From assembly GCA_963788655.1 (NCBI GenBank), contig CAWBHS010000039.1, positions 110,833 to 174,832 on the forward strand: a stretch of DNA of 64,000 nt, given 5' to 3'. Below are positions 40,467 to 50,528 of the stretch, piece after piece (position 1 is the stretch's first letter; the number at the start of each line of letters is the position of its first letter). Under the pieces are notes generated by a model, which saw nothing but the letters and a program-made list of their open reading frames with translations, did not search any database and was not told the origin of the DNA. The translations under genes were made by a program, and so were the position numbers. This DNA is from an uncultured Verrucomicrobiae bacterium. GTDB lineage: Bacteria > Verrucomicrobiota > Verrucomicrobiia > Limisphaerales > JAFGQR01.

Positions 40467-41879
40467 ATGCAAACCACCACGACATTGGCAAAGAAAACGA
40501 ATCCTCCATCATCAACGGTGATGGCTGGATCCCGTCGCGCAACCAGTCAGCTTCCGCCGCGACAACGGCTGCAACGAACGCTGGGCAATCAGGCATTGGG
40601 ACAACTGCTGCAAAGCGGCGCATTGCAAGCCAAACTGCGCGTCAATCAGCCGCATGATGCATACGAAGCGCAGGCCGATGAAGTCGCGCGGCAAGTGATG
40701 AGCATGGCACCGGCACAATTGCGGTCCCCGGATGCTGTTTCAAACGCGGGCTCAGAAATAGCTCCCGGGCAGACCAACTCCATTTCGGTTTTGGCGCCCC
40801 AAACTGCTCCGACGGCTGGCGAACATTCCCCCACCGAGGCGGGCATCGGCGTGGAAAGCCAACTCCACACCAGCGTCGGCCACGGCCAGCCGTTGGCTCC
40901 GGAAATCCGCGCTTTCATGGAGCCGCGTTTCGGCGTGGATTTCCGCCACGTTCGCGTGCATACGGACGGCCGTGCCGAACGCATGAATCGAGCGCTGAAC
41001 GCCGAAGCATTCACGCATCGCCAGGACATTTACTTCCGGGCAGGCAAACGTCCCGGCAAGGACGCGTTGACGGCGCACGAATTGACGCACGTGGTGCAGC
41101 AAACCGGCAGGGAGCCCGGCACCCGCGCGGAGCTGCCAGGCCTTCAACGGGTCGTGGAAGTGCGGCGGCCAGGCCGGGGCGAAGCGTCGGCGTTTGATCG
41201 GGTGGACGAACTCATCGACCGGCTCAACGGCCTTTCGCCGGCCATCCAATATCATTTCGAAGGTAAGGATGGCCGCGGCGCGATTGAGTACGACGTGGTT
41301 GATGAAGCCGCACTCACCGCGTTCGACCGCCAGATGCGCGCGTTCATTGATCGAGCCGAAATTGTGCCCATGCGGCTCATCACCAGCGCCGGTCGCGTGG
41401 ATGGCCAGGCGTTGCTCGTCGATAGCTACAACCTCGCGTATGTGGATTTGGATGACATGCTCGCGTCCGACAACGTGAGTTTTCAAATGAACCTGGTCCA
41501 CCTGCTGACCGAACGGTTCCGTGTCCGCAATTACGCCCGGCGCATCGGCACGCGCGGCATGCCCGGGTTTGGACCGGAATTCAATCGTGCTCATCAGGCG
41601 GGTATTGACGCTGAAACTGATCTCTTGCGCGACGTCCTGAACGATCCGACCATCCGTTTCACGTCCGAGTTTCGGCGGCCGGGCAATACGCTGGTTTTCA
41701 TGTTCCGCAGTCGTGAGGGCTATGTGGTCTTTCACATATTCGGGGGAACCCAACGCTCGGAAGTCGGCGGCTACTTGTCGGTTTTGACCGCCGATGGCCG
41801 GCGCATTTCGCTGGAAGATTTCCTGGCCGAACGCGCAGCGGCAGCCAATGTCGCTGCCCCGGCTGCTGCTGGACCTTGA
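40467..41879 (+). CDS. DUF4157 protein 1 (candidate eCIS cargo), unknown C-terminal domain
   Basis: LQRTLGNQA, MEPRFGVDFRHVRVH, AEAFT, AHELTHVVQQ. Confidence 0.88.
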   Translation: MQTTTTLAKKTNPPSSTVMAGSRRATSQLPPRQRLQRTLGNQALGQLLQSGALQAKLRVNQPHDAYEAQADEVARQVMSMAPAQLRSPDAVSNAGSEIAPGQTNSISVLAPQTAPTAGEHSPTEAGIGVESQLHTSVGHGQPLAPEIRAFMEPRFGVDFRHVRVHTDGRAERMNRALNAEAFTHRQDIYFRAGKRPGKDALTAHELTHVVQQTGREPGTRAELPGLQRVVEVRRPGRGEASAFDRVDELIDRLNGLSPAIQYHFEGKDGRGAIEYDVVDEAALTAFDRQMRAFIDRAEIVPMRLITSAGRVDGQALLVDSYNLAYVDLDDMLASDNVSFQMNLVHLLTERFRVRNYARRIGTRGMPGFGPEFNRAHQAGIDAETDLLRDVLNDPTIRFTSEFRRPGNTLVFMFRSREGYVVFHIFGGTQRSEVGGYLSVLTADGRRISLEDFLAERAAAANVAAPAAAGP

Positions 41880-42116
41880 ACGAGTATTGATATATGCCAT
41901 GCGATGCGAAGCCGATTCACGTTGAAAAGGCAGGCCAAGACGTTCGAACATTCAGAGACTTCCCACGGTTCCGTCTGTGGGGATTCAGACCCAGGGTAGC
42001 TCTTGCCTCGCAACCCTGGGCCTGGGGCCCGAATCCCGTTGGGATTCATCAAAACGGCGCGGCCATCAATCGAGGTGCGGCCACTGGGCAGCGGAGCGTT
42101 CACCAACGCGCCAGCA

Positions 42117-42197
42117 TCTTGGAGTGCGGCAGTCCTCTGCCGCTTTCGAACGCCCTTGTGGGTCCCAAAAGCGGCAGAGGACTGCCGCACTCCAAGA
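42117..42197. repeat. REP-like palindrome, family A copy 2
   Basis: Perfect 30-bp arms TCTTGGAGTGCGGCAGTCCTCTGCCGCTTT / AAAGCGGCAGAGGACTGCCGCACTCCAAGA. Confidence 0.9.
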
Positions 42198-42248
42198 CCT
42201 GGCGGAAACACGGACGCACTTTTGCTACTCTTATGAACCTTTTGTGAT

Positions 42249-43985
42249 ATGCAGCCCACAACACCCACCCACGCCGGCAAGGATTCGCGCCGAATGGTTG
42301 CACCGATTCAACGTGCAGCAAAGGCGCCAAGCAACGCCGCATTGCCGCCCCATCACCAACTGAATCGCATCCTGGGCAATCGCGCAGCATCGGCAGTGCT
42401 CCAGGCCAAACTGAACGTCAGCCATCCGGAAGACGCCGCGGAGCGCGAAGCCAATCAGATCGCGGATCAAATTACGGCGGCGCCATCTTCTCCTACTCTC
42501 CAGCGCGCCTGCCCGGAATGCCGTAATGGAGTCAAGTGCCCGAAGTGCCGGGAAAAGGAAAAGCAGGCGTTGCACCGCCGAGCTGAATCAAACGCGCCGG
42601 AATCGGCCCACACGGTGCCGGGAGATTTCGTCACCCGGTTGGGCCCAGGCGCGCCACTCGCGACCGCCGAACGCGATTTCTTCGAGCCCCGGTTGGGTTG
42701 CGATCTAAGCCAGGTGCGAATTCACTCTGGACGTGCCGCAGCGGATTCTGCCCGCTCGGTTGATGCAATGGCTTACACGGTAGGCCGCGACATTGTGTTT
42801 GGCGCCGGACAGTATGCGCCGCAATCGAGTGCGGGCCGGTCGCTGATGGCCCACGAACTGGTTCATACCATTCAGCAAGGCGGCACCGGATCACGCCAGT
42901 TGCAGCGCCGGGCGATGCCGTTCAATCCGGAGTCCATTGCCCAACAACTCCGTGAGGCCATGGAAGGTTTGGGCACGGATGAGGACTCGATTTACGCCGC
43001 GTTGGCGGGCCGCACGCCGGACCAGGTCAATCAAATCGCCCAAGCGTATCAACGGCTCACACACCGCAATCTCCAAGCGGACCTGCAAGATGAATTGACC
43101 TCCGGCGAACTGCTCAAACTGGCGCAATATTCCGCCGCGGCTGCCGACACGCCAGAACATCGCGCCGAGGCTGTGGCCATTCGTCTCCGCGAGGCGATGG
43201 AAGGTTTGGGTACGGACGAAGACGCCATTTACGCGGCGCTGAACGGTCGCAGTCCCGACGAGCTGAATGCCATCAAGGAAGCCTACCGGCGCCTCACGAA
43301 TCGAGAACTGATCAATGACTTGAACGATGAACTGAGCGGCGACGAATTGCAGCGCGCGCTCGGCGAACTGGGCATTGCCCCGGAAGTATTTGAGTCCAAT
43401 ACCGAGCTGGGCATGCTCTCGATGGGCAATTTCGATTTCCACTTCCGCAATTGCTCGGTCCTCATTTGGGTGTGGTTGAAATTCCAGTTTACCAACGATA
43501 TCAGCGCCACTGAGCAAACTGATTTCAAGCGCCGCTTCATCGCCGCGGTGCATGGCACCTGGGCGCATTCGGGGTATCATCTGACGGGCAGCCCGAGTTG
43601 CCCCTGCGGCGACGTGCCGATCGAAGTCCACGTGCAGGAAAATCCCGGCACTTATTATCATAAGCTGGTCGATGTCGAGCGCGCCACCGACCAGGAACGG
43701 CGCCCCAAAGTAATCAGCGACATCAATGTGAACCTGTTCACCAGCAACGATACCCTGGCGCACGAGTTCGGTCACGTGCTCGGGCTCTACGACGAATACG
43801 ACGGCGGCTTTTTCGAGAACATCATGTTCTGGCACAAAAACGTGGCCAACGATCCGGATGCGTTGATGGTCACCGGCACGGAGCTTCGTCCACGCTACTT
43901 CGAGCATTACCGGCGACGCGTCCAAACCACGGCGCCGCCGGGATGCGAATACCGGATTTCCTCGCCGGTGCCGCCGGTTCACTGA
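42249..43985 (+). CDS. DUF4157 protein 2 with two annexin repeats and a C-terminal zincin metalloprotease
   Basis: AHELVHTIQQ; 2x LREAMEGLGTDED...DE; TLAHEFGHVLGLYDEY...ALM. Confidence 0.9.
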   Translation: MQPTTPTHAGKDSRRMVAPIQRAAKAPSNAALPPHHQLNRILGNRAASAVLQAKLNVSHPEDAAEREANQIADQITAAPSSPTLQRACPECRNGVKCPKCREKEKQALHRRAESNAPESAHTVPGDFVTRLGPGAPLATAERDFFEPRLGCDLSQVRIHSGRAAADSARSVDAMAYTVGRDIVFGAGQYAPQSSAGRSLMAHELVHTIQQGGTGSRQLQRRAMPFNPESIAQQLREAMEGLGTDEDSIYAALAGRTPDQVNQIAQAYQRLTHRNLQADLQDELTSGELLKLAQYSAAAADTPEHRAEAVAIRLREAMEGLGTDEDAIYAALNGRSPDELNAIKEAYRRLTNRELINDLNDELSGDELQRALGELGIAPEVFESNTELGMLSMGNFDFHFRNCSVLIWVWLKFQFTNDISATEQTDFKRRFIAAVHGTWAHSGYHLTGSPSCPCGDVPIEVHVQENPGTYYHKLVDVERATDQERRPKVISDINVNLFTSNDTLAHEFGHVLGLYDEYDGGFFENIMFWHKNVANDPDALMVTGTELRPRYFEHYRRRVQTTAPPGCEYRISSPVPPVH

Positions 43986-44075
43986 CCGCCTATTGAATAC
44001 TCGTAGCCGCGGACGTGAGTCTGCGCTGACTGAATAAGTGAAATATGAACATCGCCCTACCATTCCACGCTTGCG

Positions 44076-44154
44076 TCTTGGAGTGCGGTAGTCCTCTGCC
44101 GCTTTTGGGACACACAAGGACATTCGAAAGCGGCAGAGAGCTGCCGCACTCCAA
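44076..44154. repeat. REP-like palindrome, family A copy 3
   Basis: TTGGAGTGCGGTAGTCCTCTGCCGCTTT...AAAGCGGCAGAGAGCTGCCGCACTCCAA followed by ACCTGGCGG as in the other copies. Confidence 0.85.
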
Positions 44155-44204
44155 AACCTGGCGGAGAATTGGATGAGGCTAGGGATGCAACTCGGAGCTG
44201 TCGG

Positions 44205-46245
44205 ATGAATTACAGCGGACAGACAAAAAGCGCTGACAGGCTGCGCAGCGGTGCAGCCAAATCCAAGGTGGCGCCGCGTCCGGTTTCGGCTTCGGCGCAT
44301 CCCGGGATGCAACTCCAGCGCACGCTGGGCAACCAGGGTGCCCAACGTTTGCTGCGAGCGGGTGTGATTCAGCTCAAACTGAAAATCAGCCGGTCATCAG
44401 ATCGTTTCGAACAAGAGGCCGAGCGAGTGGCCGATCAAGTCGATGCGCGGCGGCGAAACGAAGATACCAACGCGCTCGCGGGTTGGCCCAGCGACTGGAA
44501 CCCCAGTGAATCGCAAGCCGTTTAAGTCCGCAGGACTGGTTGGCGAGGCGCCAACCACAGCGCCCGAGGCGGGCGCGCTCCCCTTTGCAAATGAATCGTT
44601 GTGCTTTGGGTCGAGTTCATCCGGCGAACCCATGCCGCGCGACCTCCGGCAGGAAATGGAAAGTCGGATGGGCGCCGATTTCCGGCAGGTGCGGATTCAC
44701 CGGGATGCGGCATCCGACCAAGCCGCGCGCGCACTGGATGCTCGGGCATTTACGCTGGGCCATCACGTGGCGTTTGCTCGAGACGAATTTGCGCCGGGCT
44801 CGAATGCCGGGCGTCACCTGCTGGCGCATGAATTGGCGCATGTGGTTCAACAATCCGGACCGTCGCCATCGGTTGGCCCAATGATTCAACGCCAGCCATC
44901 CGCGCAGCACGAACCGGAAGAGCCTTCGTTGCCGCCGTTTCAACTTCCGGGCACCGGCTTGACGGTTTTCCCCGGATTGTTCCGGTTGACGAACCTGGGC
45001 GGACTTCAACTCCCGTTGCCCGCCAGCTTGCGATTAACCAATGCGTTGAGCGTGGGCGCCGGGCCGACTTGGATTTTGGACCTGTCGCCGGACGCTTTAG
45101 TGGGCACCATTTTGGGCAATGTGGATTTGTCAGTTTCGAGCGTGCCTGGAACTCCGCCGGATCATGATCCGAGTCCGGCGAACACGGCCCGCATCAGCCT
45201 GGTGCGGCCCATCATCCGGCTCGATCCGCGCACCGGCAAATTGCACGGTTGGGCCACGCTGCAAGTGCCGACTGGCTATCCGCTGACGATCAGCACGCCG
45301 ACCGAGATTTCCGTGGAGATCGAGTCGAGTGAACTGGGTCAGTTCAGCGGTCGCCTGGGCTACGGTCCATTGCACGCGGATTTTCAATTGCGATTTCATT
45401 ATGACACCGGCCGATTCGAGTCCGCGCTGCGACCGGCACTGGCACCGCAAGGCGGAATGGTCGGCTTATGGTCGCGCTTCCAACAGGTGCTGACGGACAC
45501 GGTGCCGGGCATTCAGTTGACCAGCGTTTCGGATGGCCTGCAAAGTGCGCTGCGAGCCTTGACCTCGGGCCAGATTCGCAGCGCGCAATTCGTCACGCGA
45601 ACCGTGGACCTGATCCGCAGCAGCGTTCCCGCCAACGTGAGTTGGGATTCGGTGCGCACGGCCTTGCGGCAATTTGCCGAAGAGTTGACGCATCCGGGCT
45701 TCGCGCTGTCGGGCGGGCTCGGCCTCTTCGGACTGCCGCTTTCAACCTTCCACGCCGAGGCGCCCACGACCGTGCCGCTGGCCCGACCGTTGCTCGGAGC
45801 GCCGACGCCATTCCCGCTGACCTATTCGGCAGGCGGCGTGATCCTAGCGCCGCCGGGCAGCATTACCGACATCTCCGTGCCGGCGTTTGGTTACGCGCGA
45901 TCCGCCTTCGGCGCGACGAGCGGCAGCGCGCTGACGATTGCGGCGTTGCCGACGTTGTCACCGGAGTCGATCAGTGCCGGCAGACCGGTGGTGAATCAAT
46001 TTCCGGTGTATGCCTACGCGGAGTTTTCCTACGTGCGCCGCGTGTCGGAGAGCGTCGATCTCGGCGTGCGCCTGACCGCGCAGGTTTCCACGCCGCAATT
46101 GTTCGGCACGCCCGAGCAACCGTCCGCCGATCCCGCCGAACGCTTTGGGCAACTCCGCGACCAATACCTCGAAGCCACTCAGCAAACTTCGACCCCGGCG
46201 CCCATGCTGCCGAACTTTGGACTGACGCTGTATGGGAATTTCTAA
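44205..46245 (+). CDS. DUF4157 protein 3; frameshift near 44440; beta-rich C-terminus ending in Phe
   Basis: LQRTLGNQG leader in one frame; MESRMGADFRQVRIH, ARAFT, AHELAHVVQQ in the next; ends NFGLTLYGNF. Confidence 0.82.
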
Positions 46246-46481
46246 GCGGTATCGATTGGACCGGCGGAGTCGTGGGTCTGAGGCGGCGCTAATGTCATCG
46301 AAAAGAATGGCAGCGTTCACCCTGCATTCTTTGCCAAATGGTAATCGCGGACGCTCCTGCCGCTGTATTTCGACCACCCGGCGCGCGAACGATTTATCGC
46401 TGCTGAAGTTGGACGGGCATCCACGGTGCTAAATTGACGGGTGACGGCTATCCGCTGTTTTGCCACACTGCGAAATCATTT

Positions 46482-48606
46482 ATGAAGCACTGGCTCCTCA
46501 TCTTGATATTGTCTGGGGCGTTCGAACCCATTGCCTCCTTGGCGGCCAACGAGTCCATCAACCACACGGTTGCGGTCGGCTCAACCAACGAGTCCCATCC
46601 TCGCTTTACCGATGATGGTTGGTTGGACTTGCGCGCTCTGCTGGTCCCCAGCGATGGCAGCCGCAGCTTGGGCAATCATCGCGCCCGGTTCAACGATTCA
46701 CGGGATCACGGCAGCAAGATTGTCTTCTTCGATCCCATTCACGGCGATAATGCGACCGCTGAAGTGTATTGGTGGAACGGAGAGCGGCTCGTGGACTCGG
46801 CCGGGCAGGTTGCCAGTTCCATTAACGGCAAGGCCTATGGCACCAACCCGCTCGAACCGAACGAAGACGCCATCCGGCCCTTCCGGCAGGGGATTGGGAT
46901 GGTGCGCAATGCCGCGGGGGATCCGCGCCTGCGCACGCAAGACCGTGACGGCGATGCGGTGGCCGGAGGGTATCCGGACTGGTTTCTTTACCGGCGGGGG
47001 CGCACCCACGATACGTTCGACAGCGCCCTGGCCGGCGGGCGCAGTGAACGCGAGCCGATGGTCATGGCCGCCTATGGCCCGCAGGTGGATGGTCGAGCCA
47101 TCATTGCACCCGCACTGGGCAAGCGCGTCCGTTACCGGGACAGCGAGCGAGCCGTGTGCAATCCGATGTCCACCGGGACCAAGGGAGCGCGCGAAGTCTG
47201 GCTGCACCTGGTCCTCTCCGGCCTCGATTTCCGAGTGCCGTGGTCCGCGCTCGGCGCTCACGTGGCCGACTCGCGTTCGGGTGGACCGGTCACCGCCTAC
47301 GCGGAGGATTGTCGCTGGGCTTACGGTGAAGGAGGACGACTCACCTACCTGCCGCATCGGACGACCATTCGCCGCAGCGTCATCGCCTTCTCCTGGAATG
47401 CCAAGGCGCACAACCAGGGCTACTTCACCAGCGGATTCAGCAATGCGACGACGTTCGACGAAGTCATTTTCTACCGCAACGGTTTCAAGACCGATCCCAA
47501 GGTGGACCCGGACCCACGACGGGACATTTTCAGTCGCAACATTTACGAAGGTGGCGGGGCGATGATGGGGCACCGCTACCTGGGTATCATTTCCGCAGAC
47601 GGCGCCTCCGGTGGCCCGCAAATGCGGCTGGGCGGGCTCATCGAAGGCAGCCTCATCATCGAGGGTTACTGGTTTAGTTCCGTCAGCAGCAACCGCCGGC
47701 TCAACCCGTGGCTCGTTGACAGCGGCCAATCCGGTCAATCGGCCGTAGTGCGCAACAACGTGCAGCTTGCGTACGCTTATCCCACCCCGCGGGATCCCGA
47801 CCCGGGGCGCCGGTCCTCGACTGCCGCGCAACCGGGCTGGGGCTACCAGCTTCATCCGGCCTCGTTTGGCGCGCTCGTCGAAGGGAACATTATCAGTCAG
47901 GCGATGCTGATTGATGAACTGGGCGTCGCCGAGGGCCAGCAGGGCTACGGAATGGCGCTGAACAGCCGGCCGGAAACCTATCAGGATGGCAAGGACTACA
48001 CCCAACAGAACAATACGATTCGCGGGAATATTTGTTATCGGACTGCCGCCGGCCTCCAACTGGAAGGCGATTGGACGGGAGCCAAGGGAAATGTTGTCGA
48101 GGGCAATGTGTTCGTCGCCAGAGATGGCGTGCGCTATGCGAATACGGCAAAAGCCGTTGCGGAAGGACTTCGTCTGCGCGGTAACCGGTTCTACTCCGAC
48201 GCCGGTCTGCCGGAAGGTGTCGAAGCCGGCAATACGGTTGCTCCTTATGCCAGTGCCACCGCCTCCGAGCACTGGCCCGATCCCAAACCGAACCCTGAAG
48301 CGTTACGTGCAAGAGGTGCTGGGGCTTACCTTGCTCGACTGGCGTGATGACCCGTTCCTGGATCCGGCCGCCCGGGACGCGCGGGCCAACGCCGGCGAAA
48401 GCTACGATCCCGTGGGTCTTAAGACGTTCATGGCGGTGGCGACCAACATGCGGCGGGGCGGAGTGCAATCCGTTCCCACGACCGGCAAGCCTTCGTGGAC
48501 TGGCGACTATACCTGGGACGCACGGTTCACCGGTCGGGCGGTGGTGAACTGGATTCGCGCGGGCTTCGGTTTGCCGCCGACAATTTCACCGTCAACAACC
48601 AAGTGA
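46482..48606 (+). CDS. Secreted parallel beta-helix protein; frameshift near 48285
   Basis: Signal MKHWLLILIL...; repeats VVRNNV, LVEGNII, TIRGNI, VVEGNVF, LRGNRF; downstream frame PNRTLKRY...NWIRAGF. Confidence 0.65.
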
Positions 48607-48847
48607 ACGTTCGTTGGCAGCACAGGCTACGGAAACAGGGCAACGGATTGAGCGGCAGGCTGAAGAATTTCCGCACGTCACTTTGTCTTCATCCGAATCA
48701 AACTGCGGCCAAGGGCGGGGGCTTCATTTTTCAGTCGGACCATTCGGTGAGCAGTAGTGTGTCCGGTCCCACCTACGATTACATCGTGAAACTGGTGCGG
48801 GAGCACGGCCAGTATCCGATCCAACTGGGTGAGCTTGATGAACAACG

Positions 48848-49684
48848 CTAACGCCGGGAGCCACCGCGGTAACCGCCGGAGCGGACCGGAGCGGAGCGTG
48901 CGCCGCCAATCCGTGTGCCGCTGCTGAAATGGGTCCCGCCACCTCGCCCGCCGCCAAAGTGAGTTGCCCCGATACTTGGCCTGGCAATTGGAGCGTGGTT
49001 GAAGTGGGAAACACCAATATGGACGCCTCCATTACCTCCGTAGCGATTGCCGCCCACTCGCACGCCGAACGAAACGGAGGGATATCCGTGCCGGTAATAG
49101 CTCGGATAGTACGCGGAGTATGGGTGCCAGCCGGAATAATACGGGTAATACCAACTGCTGTAGCTGTACCAAGGATCGTATCTCCAAGTCGGGTAAGCGG
49201 GATAGATCACAGGCGGCGATGCGGCCGGATAAACATTCGGATTGTACACGGGAGCGGGTATCGCCGAAGCTTGGGTCGTAACGGAGGGAGCAGGAGCGGC
49301 GGTCTGTGCTTGCCGTTGCCGTTCATTGGCCTGGACACGGAGTTCCGCTCCGCGACGGACCAAAGCAGTGATAACTGAATCCGAAACGCCGGCATCGCGC
49401 AACCGAATGATTTCCTCCGCAGTGGGATGATAAGCCACCTGAGAATTCTGGATGAAGGCCAGAATCACGGATTCATCGACCTTGGCTTTGGCGAGTCGTG
49501 CGATGTCTTTGAGCCCGCTCGAAAACGGAGGTACTGCGGCACTCGGACTGGCCTTGGTGACATCCATCAGTGGGGCCGGGATCGGGGTTTGGGCCGGTTG
49601 CGGAACTTGGGCAAGTAGTGGAAGACCTCCGAAGTCAACCAGCACCCCGCACATCGCCACAAGCGGAAATAGATATGGTTTCAT
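48848..49684 (-). CDS. Secreted low-complexity protein (helical domain plus Pro/Tyr- and Gly/Arg-rich tail)
   Basis: Signal-like N-terminus; LAKAKVDESVILAFI...LRDAGVSDSVITA; Tyr-rich and Gly-rich tail. Confidence 0.65.
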   Translation of the reverse strand: MKPYLFPLVAMCGVLVDFGGLPLLAQVPQPAQTPIPAPLMDVTKASPSAAVPPFSSGLKDIARLAKAKVDESVILAFIQNSQVAYHPTAEEIIRLRDAGVSDSVITALVRRGAELRVQANERQRQAQTAAPAPSVTTQASAIPAPVYNPNVYPAASPPVIYPAYPTWRYDPWYSYSSWYYPYYSGWHPYSAYYPSYYRHGYPSVSFGVRVGGNRYGGNGGVHIGVSHFNHAPIARPSIGATHFGGGRGGGTHFSSGTRIGGARSAPVRSGGYRGGSRR

Positions 49685-49910
49685 AGCATTACTCTGTCGG
49701 ATTCCCTGATCCCTCCACTGGCAGGATTCATCCAACTACCGCAAACTAGCCATGCGGAAAACATTTCACAAGTGCCGAAGTCGAAGCGAACGGAGAATTA
49801 AGGAGTCCCAACTTTGGCCGTGGCAGCCTTGAAATCCTGCGGGCTGGTCCTGACAGTCGCAATTTCCTATGGTGCGTTCATGCGTTTCAATCGCTCGAAA
49901 TTTGGCTAAC

Positions 49911-50303
49911 ATGGTTCTCAAAGCTCTCGTCGTCTGGCTGCTCATCGCGGTGGCCGAGGTCTTGCACGGGATTCTGCGGGTGCGCCTGCTCAATCGCCGG
50001 GTTGGGGACCGACGTGCCCGCCAAATTGGGGTTTTCACCGGCTCACTCGTCATCGTCGCCATGGCGTGGATCTTCATTCCCTGGATCGGTGCCTCGACCC
50101 CGGCAGACCTGTTTGGCATGGGATTGCTTTGGCTGGTTTTGATGCTGGCATTTGATTTGGGCTTTGGGCGGTTGATATTCCGTTTCTCCTGGCAGCGAGT
50201 GGCGGCCGATTTCGATCCGCGCCGAGGTGGACTGTTGGCGCTGGGCATGTTGGTGCTGTTTCTTGCGCCGTATCTTGTGGCCAAGCTGCGTGGGCTGCTC
50301 TGA
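49911..50303 (+). CDS. Small four-TM membrane protein of unknown function
   Basis: Four hydrophobic helices; AEVLHGILR. Confidence 0.7.
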   Translation: MVLKALVVWLLIAVAEVLHGILRVRLLNRRVGDRRARQIGVFTGSLVIVAMAWIFIPWIGASTPADLFGMGLLWLVLMLAFDLGFGRLIFRFSWQRVAADFDPRRGGLLALGMLVLFLAPYLVAKLRGLL

Positions 50304-50528
50304 GACTCGAGGGAGCGATTTACAAATCTCAAGGCGACAATTCAACGGCGAATATCCCGCCACGACAGACTCGCAACCAATAACCTTGAATGGGTGAATG
50401 GGCAAAGCGGCAGAGAATTTGGACGGCTCCATCCACCGCGAAGGCACGAAGGGCTCAGCAAAGAAAGGCTCGACTTCAGACATTACGGGCACCGTGCCGC
50501 CTTAAGGCGGAACTCCCAATCGCAGTTT

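Larger units (their letters stand above)
19559..46245 (+). other. Extracellular contractile injection system (eCIS) gene cluster with tandem DUF4157 cargo genes
   Basis: Co-directional sheath, tube, Pvc16, Afp15-like ATPase, hub, wedges, gp25 and spike; no capsid, terminase or T6SS membrane-complex genes seen. Confidence 0.93.

Noticed and set aside
46482..48606. Beta-helix gene as a fourth eCIS effector
   Set aside because: It has a Sec-type signal peptide, lacks the shared leader and DUF4157, and is separated by ~240 bp; likely outside the locus
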